DNA of 64,000 nucleotides from a plasmid: NCBI RefSeq assembly GCF_988243305.1, contig NZ_OZ547137.1; one strand, 5' to 3'. Shown piece by piece: positions 53,570 to 64,000 of this stretch (position 1 is its first letter; each line of letters starts with the position of its first letter). The notes under the pieces were generated by a model. It saw only the letters and a program-made list of their open reading frames with translations, ran no database searches and was not told where the DNA came from. The position numbers and the translations under genes were made by a program.

Positions 53570-53830
53570 CCTGTATATTATTGGCGATATGCCAACATAC
53601 GGGTATCACCGTGTCTGGGCGATACTCAGGCGGCAGTCCCGAAATGAAGGACTACCGTTCGTGAATGCAAAGCGTGTTTACCGGATAATGAGCGAAAATA
53701 GTCTGTTGTTGTTACATGACAAACCATCACGACAGCAGCGGGAACATAAAGGCCGATATCGGTGAAGGAAAGCAACCAGCGTTGGTGTTCCGATGGCTTT
53801 GAGTTTGGTTGCGATGATAGCGAAAAACTG
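53559..53830 (+). pseudogene. IS2-like OrfB N-terminal fragment
   Basis: [31 protein letters not shown], continuing out of frame into ...[13 protein letters not shown]... Confidence 0.5.
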
Positions 53831-54099
53831 CGAGTTACGTTCTCCCTGGACTGTTGCGATCGTGAAGCTATAGACTGGGCTGCAATTAAGATACAACCCC
53901 TGTCTGGAAATAAGGGGGCAAGAACACGATAAATAATTGCTTATTGTAATTATAAGCGTAAAAATCATATCCTACATGACGATGTGGAAATTAATAAACG
54001 TATTTTATATGAGTTAAAAATTTATCTTTTTATTGATAAGAGTTAGGTCACTCTAACGCAGAGTTGCCTGATAAAGACATTTTTTCATGTGAGAATGAT

Positions 54100-54897
54100 A
54101 TGAAATTAAAACAAAATATCGAAAAAGAGATTATAAAAATTAACAATATCAGAATACATCAGTACACTGTACTATATACATCTAATTGTACAATCGATGT
54201 ATACACAAAAGAAGGAAGCAATACATATCTTAGAAATGAACTCATATTTCTTGAGAGAGGAATAAATATATCAGTAAGATTGCAAAAGAAGAAATCAACA
54301 GTAAATCCATTTATCGCAATCAGATTAAGCAGCGATACATTAAGACGCCTAAAGGATGCCCTGATGATAATATACGGAATATCAAAAATAGATGCTTGCA
54401 GTTGTCCGAATTGGTCAAAAGGAATAATTGTAGCTGATGCTGACGATTCTGTATTAGATACATTCAAGAGTATCGATCATAATGATGATTCAAGAATTAC
54501 TTCAGATTTGATATATCTTATATCAAAGATCGAAAACAACAGGAAAATTATAGAGTCAATTTATATATCGGCTGTAAGCTTCTTTTCCGATAAGGTCAGA
54601 AACACAATCGAGAAGGACTTATCAAAGAGATGGACTCTAGCTATTATTGCAGATGAATTTAATGTATCAGAGATAACAATAAGGAAAAGGCTTGAGTCAG
54701 AGTATATTACTTTTAACCAGATCCTTATGCAATCAAGAATGAGCAAAGCAGCATTGCTGTTGCTTGATAACTCATATCAGATATCACAGATATCTAATAT
54801 GATAGGATTTTCCAGTACATCATATTTCATTAGACTTTTTGTAAAACATTTTGGCATAACACCAAAACAATTCTTGACTTATTTTAAAAGCCAATGA
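54100..54897 (+). CDS. aggR: AggR, AraC-family virulence regulator
   Basis: 265 aa from MKLKQNIEKEIIKINN...; C-terminal AraC dual HTH; low GC. Confidence 0.88.
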   Translation: MKLKQNIEKEIIKINNIRIHQYTVLYTSNCTIDVYTKEGSNTYLRNELIFLERGINISVRLQKKKSTVNPFIAIRLSSDTLRRLKDALMIIYGISKIDACSCPNWSKGIIVADADDSVLDTFKSIDHNDDSRITSDLIYLISKIENNRKIIESIYISAVSFFSDKVRNTIEKDLSKRWTLAIIADEFNVSEITIRKRLESEYITFNQILMQSRMSKAALLLLDNSYQISQISNMIGFSSTSYFIRLFVKHFGITPKQFLTYFKSQ

Positions 54898-54997
54898 AAA
54901 TATGTTTTATATCATTATTTGAGATTGCTATAAACATATTGGTGATGCCTCTAATTAGTTGAATCTGATGTATAATACGGGCTTTTGAGGTTATCTC

Positions 54998-55402
54998 ATG
55001 TCCAGCGTTAATATTCATTGTCCCCGTTGTCAGTCAGCTCAGGTTTACCGCCATGGTCAGACCCCTAAAGGCCGTGACAGATTTCGCTACCGTGACTGCC
55101 ACCGTGTGTTTCAGCTCACTTATACTTATCAAGCACGTAAGCCGGGTATGAAAGAGCTGATAACTGAAATGGCCTTTAATGAGCCAGGAATGATGCTGGC
55201 CCGGATGGCTCGTTTACATGGAATTCAGCCCTGCCAGTTGTTTAAGTGGAAGAAACAATACCTGGAAGGAACTCTCAATGCTGTTGCTGCTGGTGAAGAC
55301 GTTGTTCCTGCTTCTGAACTGGCCGCTGCGATAAAGCAGATTAATCAGGTTCAGCGTTTACTGGGCAAGAATCTATGGTCCCCACCATTTTTGCAACACT
55401 GA
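54998..55402 (+). CDS. Transposase-like ORF: zinc-finger N-terminus plus IS2-OrfA-like HTH
   Basis: CPRCQ...C..C N-terminus like IS1 InsA; C-terminal ...[35 protein letters not shown] resembles IS2 OrfA. Confidence 0.4.
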   Translation: MSSVNIHCPRCQSAQVYRHGQTPKGRDRFRYRDCHRVFQLTYTYQARKPGMKELITEMAFNEPGMMLARMARLHGIQPCQLFKWKKQYLEGTLNAVAAGEDVVPASELAAAIKQINQVQRLLGKNLWSPPFLQH

Positions 55403-55644
55403 TTTTGATTGATGTTGGCTTGCCTAAATCTATCCGGCGTCATTATGGGCATGGATGCCCGCGCCTCGATGAGTTCCACACCTGATGAGCCCAAAAAACC
55501 ATCCGGCTTCAGTGAGCCATTTTCTTGCTGAGGCTTTTCATCAGGCCGATATGCCGTTCATGTCATCAATAATCAGTCTTCGCAAAACCAGATTGGGAAC
55601 TACTTTAATTCATGATTAACCTGCCAGCCAGACTGGCGCCATCG

Positions 55645-56696
55645 TTACCTTTCGAACACAGTCTGCTGTGTTGTGATTGCCCACGCTATCCGGGCTAATT
55701 TGTTGGCCAGTGCGCAACATACTACGCTGGAGTGTTTTCTTGCCAACAACGCCCTGACCCAATCCGCCAACCTTCCTGACTGATTCTCGATTCTCTGAAT
55801 AAAGGATCTTGCGCACTGAACGAGTAACCGTCGCAGATTTTTATCTCCACGTTTACTTATCCCTAAAAGGGTATTTTTACCACCTGTGCTGTACTGCCGG
55901 GGTACCAGACCGGTTGAAGCAGCAAAGTCCCGACTGCAGCTATATTGTTTACCGTCTCCCAGCTGCGATGACAGTACGCTGGCGGTTATCGGACCAATAC
56001 CGGGTATTGTCTGAAGACGTTGTCCTACCTCATCACGACTCAGTTCCTGCTCCAGTGCGATTTCAAGCTCGGTGATCTGTCCGACAAGGTAAATATAATG
56101 GGCATGTAAGCGCATCAGTAACTGCGCCAGATAGGGAGGAAGTTCGTTCTCTGCAAGTACTGTTGAAAGTCGTTTTACCACTGCGACTCCTGTCGGCATA
56201 CTGATGCCAAATTCCAGCAAAAAAGCATGCATCTGATTGGTCGTTTTGACTTTATCACTGACCAATGATTCCCTGACCCGGTGAAGCGCCCGCATGGCCT
56301 GCTGAGCTTCTGTTCGTGGTTGCACAAATCGCATGGAGGGACGAGATGCCGCTTCGCATATGGCTTCTGCATCGACAAAATCGTTCTTGTTGCTCTTAAC
56401 AAAAGGGCGAACGAACTGCGGAGAAATCAATTTTGCTTCATGACCTAAATCAGCAATCCGGCGAGCCATAAAATGAGCTCCGGCGCAGGCTTCCATCACA
56501 ACGGTAGACGAGGCACAGCCTGCCAGAAACTCAATAAGTTTGGTACGGGTAAACTTTTACGCAGCAATACCTTGCCTGACTTATCTTGGCAGTGAATGTG
56601 AAAGGAATGCTTGCCAAGATCTATACCAATAAGCGTAATGTTTTGCATGATGGTCTTCTCCATGAAAGAAAAACACTCTACTAGGGTACAGCTCAC
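55645..56696 (-). pseudogene. IS110-family transposase, frameshifted
   Basis: N-terminal ORF (MQNITLIGIDLGKHSFHIHCQ, 56496-56696) and C-terminal ORF (55645-56499) in different frames. Confidence 0.6.
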
Positions 56697-56924
56697 AGGG
56701 TGGTGGGGACCATCTCATTAACCATGGAAGTTGAGATCCTCAGGGAAGCAGTGGAGTATGCGCAATCGCAAATGGATAATGTATGTGTCCTTGTTATCTT
56801 CGGACAAGGAATAGCCTCGGTAAGCCGTGTTTTGGGCGATCGAGCAGGAGGCGGGATCATTCCCGCCGTCCTGAGCCTGTTTGTGCACAGAAAACCCCCA
56901 GCTAGGCTGGGGGTTCCGGAAAGC

Positions 56925-57260
56925 TTTCAGCTTTGAGGCCAGTTATTAAAACCCCTTTTGATTTGTTAAAACACCTTGCGGTCTGGCAACTGCAAGTGTC
57001 AAACAAGAAATCAAAAGGGGGTCCCAATGGGGAACGAAAAGAGCTTAGCGCACACACGATGGAACTGTAAATATCACATAGTTTTTGCGCCAAAATACCG
57101 AAGACAAGTGTTCTACAGAGAGAAGCGTAGAGCAACAGGCAGTATTTTGAGAAAGCTGTGTGAGTGGAAAAGTGTACAGATTCTGGAAGCTGAATACTGT
57201 GCAGATCATATCCATAACAACATTTACCATCATCGCGGATATGGCCAAAAAAGTGGCTGA
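56925..57260 (+). mobile_element. IS200-like 5' remnant (terminal hairpin plus truncated tnpA)
   Basis: Hairpin CCCCTTTTGATTTGTT...AAATCAAAAGGGGG; tnpA start MGNEKSLAHTRWNCKYHIVFAPKYRRQ, frame lost after ADHIH. Confidence 0.6.
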
Positions 57261-57579
57261 AGATGATGCAGAAGTCTCATCCATAACCAAGCCGGGTGCA
57301 GAAATTCATGAGTCTTAGCCCACCTCTGGTGATATTAAACGTGCGCAGGGGGCATAACTGATTCTCGCCAATGGTATGAATCTGGAATTATGGTTCCAGC
57401 GCTTTTGCCAGCATCTCAATGAGGTTCCAGAGGTGATTGTCTCTTCGGGTGTGACACTGGTAGGGCTCACCAAAGGGCCCTATGAGGGCAAACCTACCCC
57501 CCAATGCCTGGATGTCGCCAGATAACGCTCTGATTTACATTGTTAATATTCGTGATGCTTTAATAAAATACGATCCGGA

Positions 57580-58005
57580 AAATGAACTGCCCGGGAATCC
57601 TGGAGACTAAACTCCCTGAGAAAGAGGTAAACAGGATGACTAAAAATACTCGTTTTCCCCCGAAGTCCGTCATAGGGCGATTCGTATGGTTCTGGAAAAT
57701 CAGGGCGAATATGACTCACAATGGGCGGTAATTTGTTCCATTGCCCCAAAGATTGGCTGTACACCGGAGATTCTGCGTGTCTGGGTTCGCCAGCATGAGC
57801 GGGATACCGGGGGCGGTGATGGAGGGCTCACCACCGCTGAACGTCAGCGTCTGAAAGAGCTGGAGCGTGAAAATCGTGAACTGCGCCGCAGTAACGATAT
57901 CCTTCGCCAGGCTTCCGCTTATTTTGCGAAGGCGGAGTTCGACCGCCTCTGGAAAAAATGATGCCACTGCTGGATAAGCTGCGTGAGCAGTACGGGGTCG
58001 GTGGA
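57580..58005 (+). mobile_element. IS629/IS1203-like fragment with frameshifted orfA, truncated in orfB
   Basis: Left end TGAACTGCCCGGGAATCCTGGAGACTAAAC; orfA has a T/C homopolymer frameshift relative to the 48063 copy; orfB start MPLLDKLREQYGV, then truncation. Confidence 0.6.
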
Positions 58006-58085
58006 TTTGCCCCTATATTTCCAGACACCTGTTATCACTTAATCCATTACTGACCTGCTGCCGTAGATATTCCCGTGGTAAGCTT
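58005..58085 (-). repeat. IS2 right-end fragment (about 80 bp); direct repeat partner of 60590-60670
   Basis: GGATTTGCCCCTATATTTCCAGACACCTGTTATCACTTAATCC... shared by both copies. Confidence 0.55.
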
Positions 58086-58235
58086 TATCCTGAGGAGTTT
58101 AAAGTTGAAGCTGTCAAACAGGTTGTTGAACGTGGCGATTCAGTTAGAACAGCAATCAACTATTGCTATAATAATATCTATTTTTTGTTTTATTTTGTTT
58201 TAGCATGTAAAAATTTAGAAACAGGAGGTGTATAA

Positions 58236-58386
58236 TGATTGATATAGTTACATATGTAATGAATGCTGATTTTGATAATATAATCAAAATAGCCTCAGAT
58301 ATGGATTTAAGTCTAATAAAAGATATTGTGCGAGAGACTCAGGAGGATATCAATAGCAATGGACCTGCATGGAGTTCTTGGTCATA
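58236..58386 (+). CDS. Candidate small ORF (50 aa) with strong Shine-Dalgarno
   Basis: AGGAGG 6 nt upstream of ATG; MIDIVTYVMNADFDNIIKIASDMDLSLIKDIVRETQEDINSNGPAWSSWS. Confidence 0.3.
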
Positions 58387-58889
58387 AATATAGTATCTGA
58401 CAATGTCAATGGCATGCATAAATGTCGTTATTATAATGACACTATGGATGTCATTGATAATAAAATAGAGTCTATTTATCATTCTGTGTAAATGCCTTTT
58501 CTTAGAAATGACCGTCAAGGCAATCACTAAACTTGATAATAAAGCGGCTCATCGCCATGATGACATTCCTTAAGGGGTATTGCCCATTTCTGTAACGCTA
58601 CCGGGATGACACCGCTTTTTACTAACTCATCTGTCGGTAACACCCTGTGTTTCTTGATTGAGTGACGGATCACACTGTTCAGCGATTCAATGGTATGGTC
58701 GTATAAATCACCTTATGAAGCTCCTGCGGATAACGCGGCTCCCATACACCTCTGAACGTCTCCGGCGCCTGAGGGACAGCGTCTTCGGTTGGAGCCAAGT
58801 AAACAGCTTTAAGACCTCGTGTTACCGTCACGGGCAGAATATAGAATTCAACAAATTGAATACATAACCCTCAAATGCACCATCATATA

Positions 58890-59429
58890 CTAAATCAATA
58901 AATTGGTATAATTACTCTCATTCAGGAAAGCATTTTTAATATATGGGAAACAATAGACGAACCAACGAGAAAAAGCATCGTTATTGAATTTTATTTCAGA
59001 ACTTAACTCTGTCAAGGAAACATATTTATAACTCATAGCTTCCAAACTATTTAAATCTGGTTCATCATCACTAATACCATAGAAAATATGTGCAATCTCA
59101 TGTTCTGTTAAATCACCGCCGACATAAACATTATAGTAGATCTTTAATAGTTTAGATAAGGGGCATTCTATCCCCATTTCCTCCCTTAATCTTCTGTTAG
59201 CTGCAGATAAATTCGATTCACCCGGGAAGGGATGTGTACAAGAGGTATTGCTCCAAAGGCCGGGAGAATGATATTTTCCAAGTGCTCTTTGCTGTAACAA
59301 TAATTTTCCATCGCTATTACATATATAAACAGAAACAGCCCGATGTAAAATACCTTTTTTGTGGGTATATAATTTTTCGGCAATCCCCGTTTCACAATCA
59401 TTATGGTCAATTAAAATAACATTCTCCAT
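58890..59429 (-). CDS. idi: Isopentenyl-diphosphate delta-isomerase (type 1, Nudix fold)
   Basis: 179-aa ORF; LHRAVSVYICNSDGKLLLQQRALGKYHSPGLWSNTSCTHPFPGESNLSAANRRLREEMG aligns with E. coli Idi motifs as recalled. Confidence 0.75.
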   Translation of the reverse strand: MENVILIDHNDCETGIAEKLYTHKKGILHRAVSVYICNSDGKLLLQQRALGKYHSPGLWSNTSCTHPFPGESNLSAANRRLREEMGIECPLSKLLKIYYNVYVGGDLTEHEIAHIFYGISDDEPDLNSLEAMSYKYVSLTELSSEIKFNNDAFSRWFVYCFPYIKNAFLNESNYTNLLI

Positions 59430-59432
59430 AAA

Positions 59433-60461
59433 TTACCCCTGTTGTGACAGAAAAAAATGTAATTCATCTCTAACTGCTTTAAATGAATCCAATTTGTCTT
59501 TTGTTTTTAATGACATTCTTTCAATAACTTCTAACCATGATTTTAGAGGATGATTTATTTTTTTTACAGCAGTAATGATATCTTCAACATATTTATTAAT
59601 GAGATCCTCGCATCTTTCAATACCTCCACCGAGATAAAACTTAAGGAGCACAGCTTTTTCCACATTCTCATCAATACGTTCAATGATCTTACCATCAGAA
59701 ATCCAAGGGTAGAAATGCGATGGTTGCTGCTTTTGTATGTCTTCCATTATATCGAGAACATCATCCTGAAGGGTAAGATACATAATAAAGCTTTTCATCA
59801 TATTATCAAACTGATGTGTTAACTCTTGTTTTTTTATAATATGAAGAACCATATCGCTAACAAGTAAATGCAGTATAGATTTTCCAACTGCGTACTTTTT
59901 AAACGCCCCCTCATCCATGCCTATTAATGGTGAAATATCTTTTTCCATTAACATGGTGTTAACATACTCGTTAAAACGACGATTATAAAAAGCATAGAAA
60001 CTACTAGGCTCTATAAATATTTTTGAGGCAATATTATTAATTTCTACATCTATTATTTGCAAATAATACCCAAGATATTCTTTCTTTAAATCTCCCATGT
60101 TTCTTGAAATTAGTTGCTCGTACTGTTCATCGACAAAGAGGTCTGTGAGGATTGCCCTTCGGGCAATAAGCGTTGATATAATACCGACGTATCTTATCCT
60201 TTCAATATACTGTCCTTTATCATGGAGATCACTTATAAATAAAAATGGCATAAAATAGTAAAAAGGGTAAACATTCAAAGGCTCAAATAATGATTCTAAT
60301 TCTTTGAATGGATATTTTAATCTAATTTCTTTTAGAGTCCTAAAGTAAAAAATGATGTCAGTATACCTTATTGTTTTTCGATTATAATTAATAATATCCA
60401 TTGTGTCATTAAAATAACGACGTTTATGCATGTCATTAAAACTATCAGAAACTACTTTCAT
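59433..60461 (-). CDS. Isoprenoid-synthase-like protein (342 aa), function unknown
   Basis: Aspartate-rich LQDDVLDIMED resembles a prenyltransferase second Asp-rich motif; translationally coupled to idi; low GC. Confidence 0.5.
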   Translation of the reverse strand: MKVVSDSFNDMHKRRYFNDTMDIINYNRKTIRYTDIIFYFRTLKEIRLKYPFKELESLFEPLNVYPFYYFMPFLFISDLHDKGQYIERIRYVGIISTLIARRAILTDLFVDEQYEQLISRNMGDLKKEYLGYYLQIIDVEINNIASKIFIEPSSFYAFYNRRFNEYVNTMLMEKDISPLIGMDEGAFKKYAVGKSILHLLVSDMVLHIIKKQELTHQFDNMMKSFIMYLTLQDDVLDIMEDIQKQQPSHFYPWISDGKIIERIDENVEKAVLLKFYLGGGIERCEDLINKYVEDIITAVKKINHPLKSWLEVIERMSLKTKDKLDSFKAVRDELHFFLSQQG

Positions 60462-60589
60462 TTATTACCTTGAGCTCCATTACATATAAAACTATATTAA
60501 AAACCAAAAAATTATTTTATCTATAAAATCAAATGATAAATCAAAACAAAAAAAATAATAGATATTATTATAGCAATAGTTAATTGCTG

Positions 60590-60845
60590 TTTGGATTTGC
60601 CCCTATATTTCCAGACACCTGTTATCACTTAATCCGTTACTGGCCTGCTGCCGTAGATATTCCCGTGGTGAGCGATAACCCAACGCACTATGCGGATGCC
60701 ATTCGTTATAATGCTCGAACGCCTCTGCAAGGTTCTTTGCTGCCGTTAACCCGTCTGGTTTGGGCATGACACTGATGGTAAGCGTAAACTGACCGCCGTA
60801 TGTAGCCATTAAGCCAGTATTGGTAACGTAGGTGCCCACCTTTTC
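60590..60845 (-). mobile_element. IS2 3' fragment (orfB C-terminus plus right end)
   Basis: ORF 60603-60839 gives ...[40 protein letters not shown]...DNRCLEI. Confidence 0.6.
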
Positions 60846-60866
60846 ATCAACTAGTGGACACCTGTT

Positions 60867-61175
60867 ATGGAACAGAAAATATTATCCGCAGAACCCCGCA
60901 GATCATTTTCAAATAAGTTTAAACTTCAAATGGTTAAACTGGCTTCACAACCAGGAGCCTCTGTTGCCCGTATTGCCCGGGAACACGATATCAATGATAA
61001 CCTCCTGTTCAAATGGCTTAGGCTCAGGCTCTGGCAGAACGAAGGGCGTATATCGCGGCATCTTCCGGTAACAACCTCTTCTGGCGCTGGCGTTGAATTA
61101 TTACCTGTTGAGATAACGCCTGATGAGCAGAAAGAGCCTATGGCGGCTCTTACTCCGCTTTTATCCACTCCTTAG
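60867..61175 (+). CDS. IS66-family TnpA (orphan)
   Basis: [53 protein letters not shown]. Confidence 0.6.
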   Translation: MEQKILSAEPRRSFSNKFKLQMVKLASQPGASVARIAREHDINDNLLFKWLRLRLWQNEGRISRHLPVTTSSGAGVELLPVEITPDEQKEPMAALTPLLSTP

Positions 61176-61260
61176 TACCAGGAACGACAATGCCATGAAA
61201 TCCGGAATACTGATCTGAAATAAAGTTGTACCAGGTGAGCCCGCGGCCGGAACCAAAATA
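61150..61260 (-). pseudogene. Tn3-family TnpA internal fragment
   Basis: [23 protein letters not shown] matches a conserved Tn3 TnpA block as recalled. Confidence 0.4.
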
Positions 61261-62268
61261 TAAAGTGTTCCCGACAGACGACTCGGTGAAAAAGTGGTGT
61301 GGCTGGCAATCCAGTCTGCGTCCCAGAAATGGACGATGCCGTTGAAGGACTGGTGAATGGCAATGAGCGAGCCTGTACATAGATTTGTGTTATTGTCCGC
61401 CTCCGCCAGACCGTCATCACTGTAATAACAGAGGGCGTCCCACTGATTCAGTACATAGCTGAACGCTTCGCCCAGTCTGGATTTTTTCGACAGCGTACCA
61501 TTCTTCTCCACCATCCATTCATGCAGCGACGTCAGTAACGCTTTGCTTCGCTGCTGCCTGACTGCAAGACGCTCTGACTCTGGTAATCCCCGTATTTCAT
61601 CCTCGATGGCGTACAGTTCACTGATTCGCTTCAGGGCTTCTTCTGCCGTCGCACTTTTGCTGCTGATGTATACATCGTGTGATTTTTCGCCGGGCATGGG
61701 CCCAGCACGCAACTTCTGTCAGCGCACCGCCTTCACGTTCTGCACTGAACAGCCTGTTGTAACCTGTGAACTCATCCGCCTGCAGGATTCCCCGGAAGGG
61801 GCGAAGGTGTTGCTCCGGGTGTTTTCCCTGCCGATCCGGTGAGTACGTGAACCAGACCGCCGGAGGTTCTGACGAGTCTGCATTCCGGTCATCCCAGACA
61901 TACGTCCAGATGCGCCCTGTTTTCGTCTTTTTCATGCCCGGTGCCAATACTTTTACTGGTGTGTCGTCAGTGTGAACCTTGCGGGTGTTCATTACATAAC
62001 GGTACAGGGCATCATTCACCGGTGTCATTAACTGGCAGCACGCGTCAACCCAGTTGGAGAGTAAGGCCCGGCTCAGTTCGACACCCTGGCGGGCAAAGAT
62101 CTCACTCTGACGATACAGTGGCAGGTGTTCGCAGTATTTCCCCGTTAACACGCGGGCAAGTAATCCGGGGCCCGCTATGCCGCGCTCTATCGGGCGGGAC
62201 GGGGCTAGCGCTTCAACGATACAGTCACATTTTGTACAGGCTTTTTTTACCCGTTCAGTGCGGATCAC
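61260..62268 (-). pseudogene. IS66-family TnpC, fragmented
   Basis: ORFs 61618-62268 and 61161-61712 in different frames. Confidence 0.6.
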
Positions 62269-62302
62269 TTTCAGGGCTCTTCCGCAACCTGGGTGGAGAT
62301 TT

Positions 62303-63922
62303 TCATGCCAGTGGACTCATTACCCTCTGCCTGAGTAGTTCAAATCCTGCTCGACCATACATCTGGCGTTTCAGCATCTTCAGGCGATTTACATGACCTT
62401 CGACAACACCATTACTCCAGCGACTACTGATTGCCTCACATATAGCTGCAGCATCAGCTTCCATCCCCGCCGCCACGCGCCGAAATTCTGCTGAACCGCT
62501 TTCGTGGACTCGAGTGAACCAACTGCTTAGCTGTGATTTATTTTGGGTTTTCAGAATACGGTAGAACTCGAGTGCCAGTTGCTGCGCTATTTTCAGCTCA
62601 GGTTCTTTTTCACACATCAGACTAATAAATCGGGAAGCATAATTTTCTTCATCCCTGGTTATTCTCCAGGGCATCAACCAGCGGCTTACCCGGGACACTG
62701 AAGGAAGTCTGACGGCAGTAGTAACCGGTGGGTTCCAGCCTTTACGCCATTTGGCAACCGCATCCCTGACGATGGTTTCACTGCCTGTAAATCCCCGGGC
62801 CACCATTTCCCGCCATATCCGGCTGGCGTTATAATTACCACTTTCTCGTTGCTCTTTTAACCACTCCCTCCATGGGTCCAGAAGCCCTCGCTTTGGAGGT
62901 CGGGTTGACATTTCAGGGAATGTTCCTGAACGCACCCAGCGACTGACTGTCACACGCGACAGGCCTGTAATACGGGATATTTCCCTGAAACTACATCCCT
63001 TGTTATGCAGGGCCATAACCTCTGTCCAACGCTGATGCCGTTTTTTGCGGGTTTGTTGTTTTAGGCGTTCCGGACGACGGAGCGATGCTGCAGGCACAGA
63101 TGGTTCTGGATCAGGTGATTTCTTTGGTGACAACTCACTGGCAACAAGACGTATCAGAGGTATATGTCTGTACATCATTCGTTCAGGCGCATCGCCAATA
63201 TTTTTTAGCAGATGCCATCGATCGGCCACCTGTCTGGCCTGAGGTGCACCTTCACGTGCTGCTGTCGCATAGACTCCACTGCGATCACGCGAGACAATCT
63301 GTATTTCCGGATATTTTCTGAACCAGGTCGCCAGCGTACGCTGATCACGGCCGGGAAGCAGGACGAGGGGACGGTGAGTATCAAGATTGACGATTAACGT
63401 ACCGTAACGGTGGCCCCGATGCCACGCCCACTCATCAATACCGACATGAGGCGCGCCTGACTGTTTCGTCTCCGGGGTATTGATAACCCTGCGAAGGAGA
63501 GTATCAGCACTGCAACGGAGACCCACTGCCGTTGCTGCCCGTTTCCCGGCCTCACCTCCGGCGATTAATCCCAGTTGACGTTGTAAATTTTGTAACGCCT
63601 GTGAAGACTGTTGGTGTGAACCGGCGAAGGGAGCAAGCGACTCGGCAAAAATTTTACGTGAACAAGCCGGGTTACGGCAGTACCAGTGGCGGACGGAAAA
63701 TACAAGCCATAGCGTATGTCCTGAGCAGGGTGGATGCTGTATCCGGCGCCGACGACAACTATGAACAGAGTCGCTACGCTTAAAGCATTCAGGACATTGT
63801 GCTGTTTTGCGTTTTCCGTGGAGATGGAGGGTTATACCGTCAGAGCTAATAATTTGTCGACTGCATCGCCATCCGCAAGGTAACTGTAGAAGTGTCTTAA
63901 GAGAGTGCATTGAGTTGCCCAT
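62303..63922 (-). CDS. ISL3-family transposase
   Basis: 539-aa ORF: N-terminal zinc finger, central DDE region (GIDEWAWHRGHRYGTLIVNLDTHRPLVLLPGRD), C-terminal NGVVEGHVNRLKMLKRQMYGRAGFELLRQRV. Confidence 0.6.
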   Translation of the reverse strand: MGNSMHSLKTLLQLPCGWRCSRQIISSDGITLHLHGKRKTAQCPECFKRSDSVHSCRRRRIQHPPCSGHTLWLVFSVRHWYCRNPACSRKIFAESLAPFAGSHQQSSQALQNLQRQLGLIAGGEAGKRAATAVGLRCSADTLLRRVINTPETKQSGAPHVGIDEWAWHRGHRYGTLIVNLDTHRPLVLLPGRDQRTLATWFRKYPEIQIVSRDRSGVYATAAREGAPQARQVADRWHLLKNIGDAPERMMYRHIPLIRLVASELSPKKSPDPEPSVPAASLRRPERLKQQTRKKRHQRWTEVMALHNKGCSFREISRITGLSRVTVSRWVRSGTFPEMSTRPPKRGLLDPWREWLKEQRESGNYNASRIWREMVARGFTGSETIVRDAVAKWRKGWNPPVTTAVRLPSVSRVSRWLMPWRITRDEENYASRFISLMCEKEPELKIAQQLALEFYRILKTQNKSQLSSWFTRVHESGSAEFRRVAAGMEADAAAICEAISSRWSNGVVEGHVNRLKMLKRQMYGRAGFELLRQRVMSPLA

Positions 63923-64000
63923 GACTTAAAACAGCTTAGATCTTTGTTCACCAGAAAGTTTCATCCATTTTCTTCCACCCAGGTTGCGGAAGAACCACTT

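Noticed and set aside
57230-57575. Possible small toxin gene in the unassigned sequence after the IS200 remnant
   Set aside because: No reading frame there matched any toxin I could recall; left unassigned.

Overview
This window reads as a segment of an F-like (IncF-type) conjugative virulence plasmid, most likely a pAA-type plasmid of enteroaggregative E. coli. The plasmid identity is inferred from recalled protein families; nothing was searched. Positions 1-19800 carry an apparently intact F-like tra/trb operon on the minus strand (traG 5' part, traH through traM). oriT lies at about 19800-20150, with an F-type nic motif near 20111/20112. The leading region (20200-31400) contains geneX, hok/mok/sok, psiA, psiB, a ParB-like gene interrupted by an in-frame TGA, ssb, an orphan amino-methyltransferase and a large conserved protein, punctuated by three copies of a roughly 450-530 bp repeat that I interpret as Frpo/ssi-type single-strand promoter units. 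From 31400 onward the window is an IS-rich accessory mosaic: an IS66-family element; an orphan 344-aa protein; a TnpA-less Tn3-family unit (two 38-bp IRs, res, tnpR, a 133-aa cargo gene) carrying a group II intron; two IS3 copies, each with its own 3-bp target duplication, bracketing the low-GC aatPABCD transporter operon; aap (dispersin) and aggR; degraded SPATE autotransporter fragments; and IS2, IS629-like, IS630, IS110, IS200 and ISL3 remnants. A low-GC two-gene isoprenoid-like module (idi plus a 342-aa protein) sits between 85-bp direct repeats of IS2-end sequence. No rRNA, tRNA or CRISPR array was seen. The features I consider least explained are the idi module, the 344-aa orphan with its small upstream ORF, and the cargo of the Tn3-like unit.
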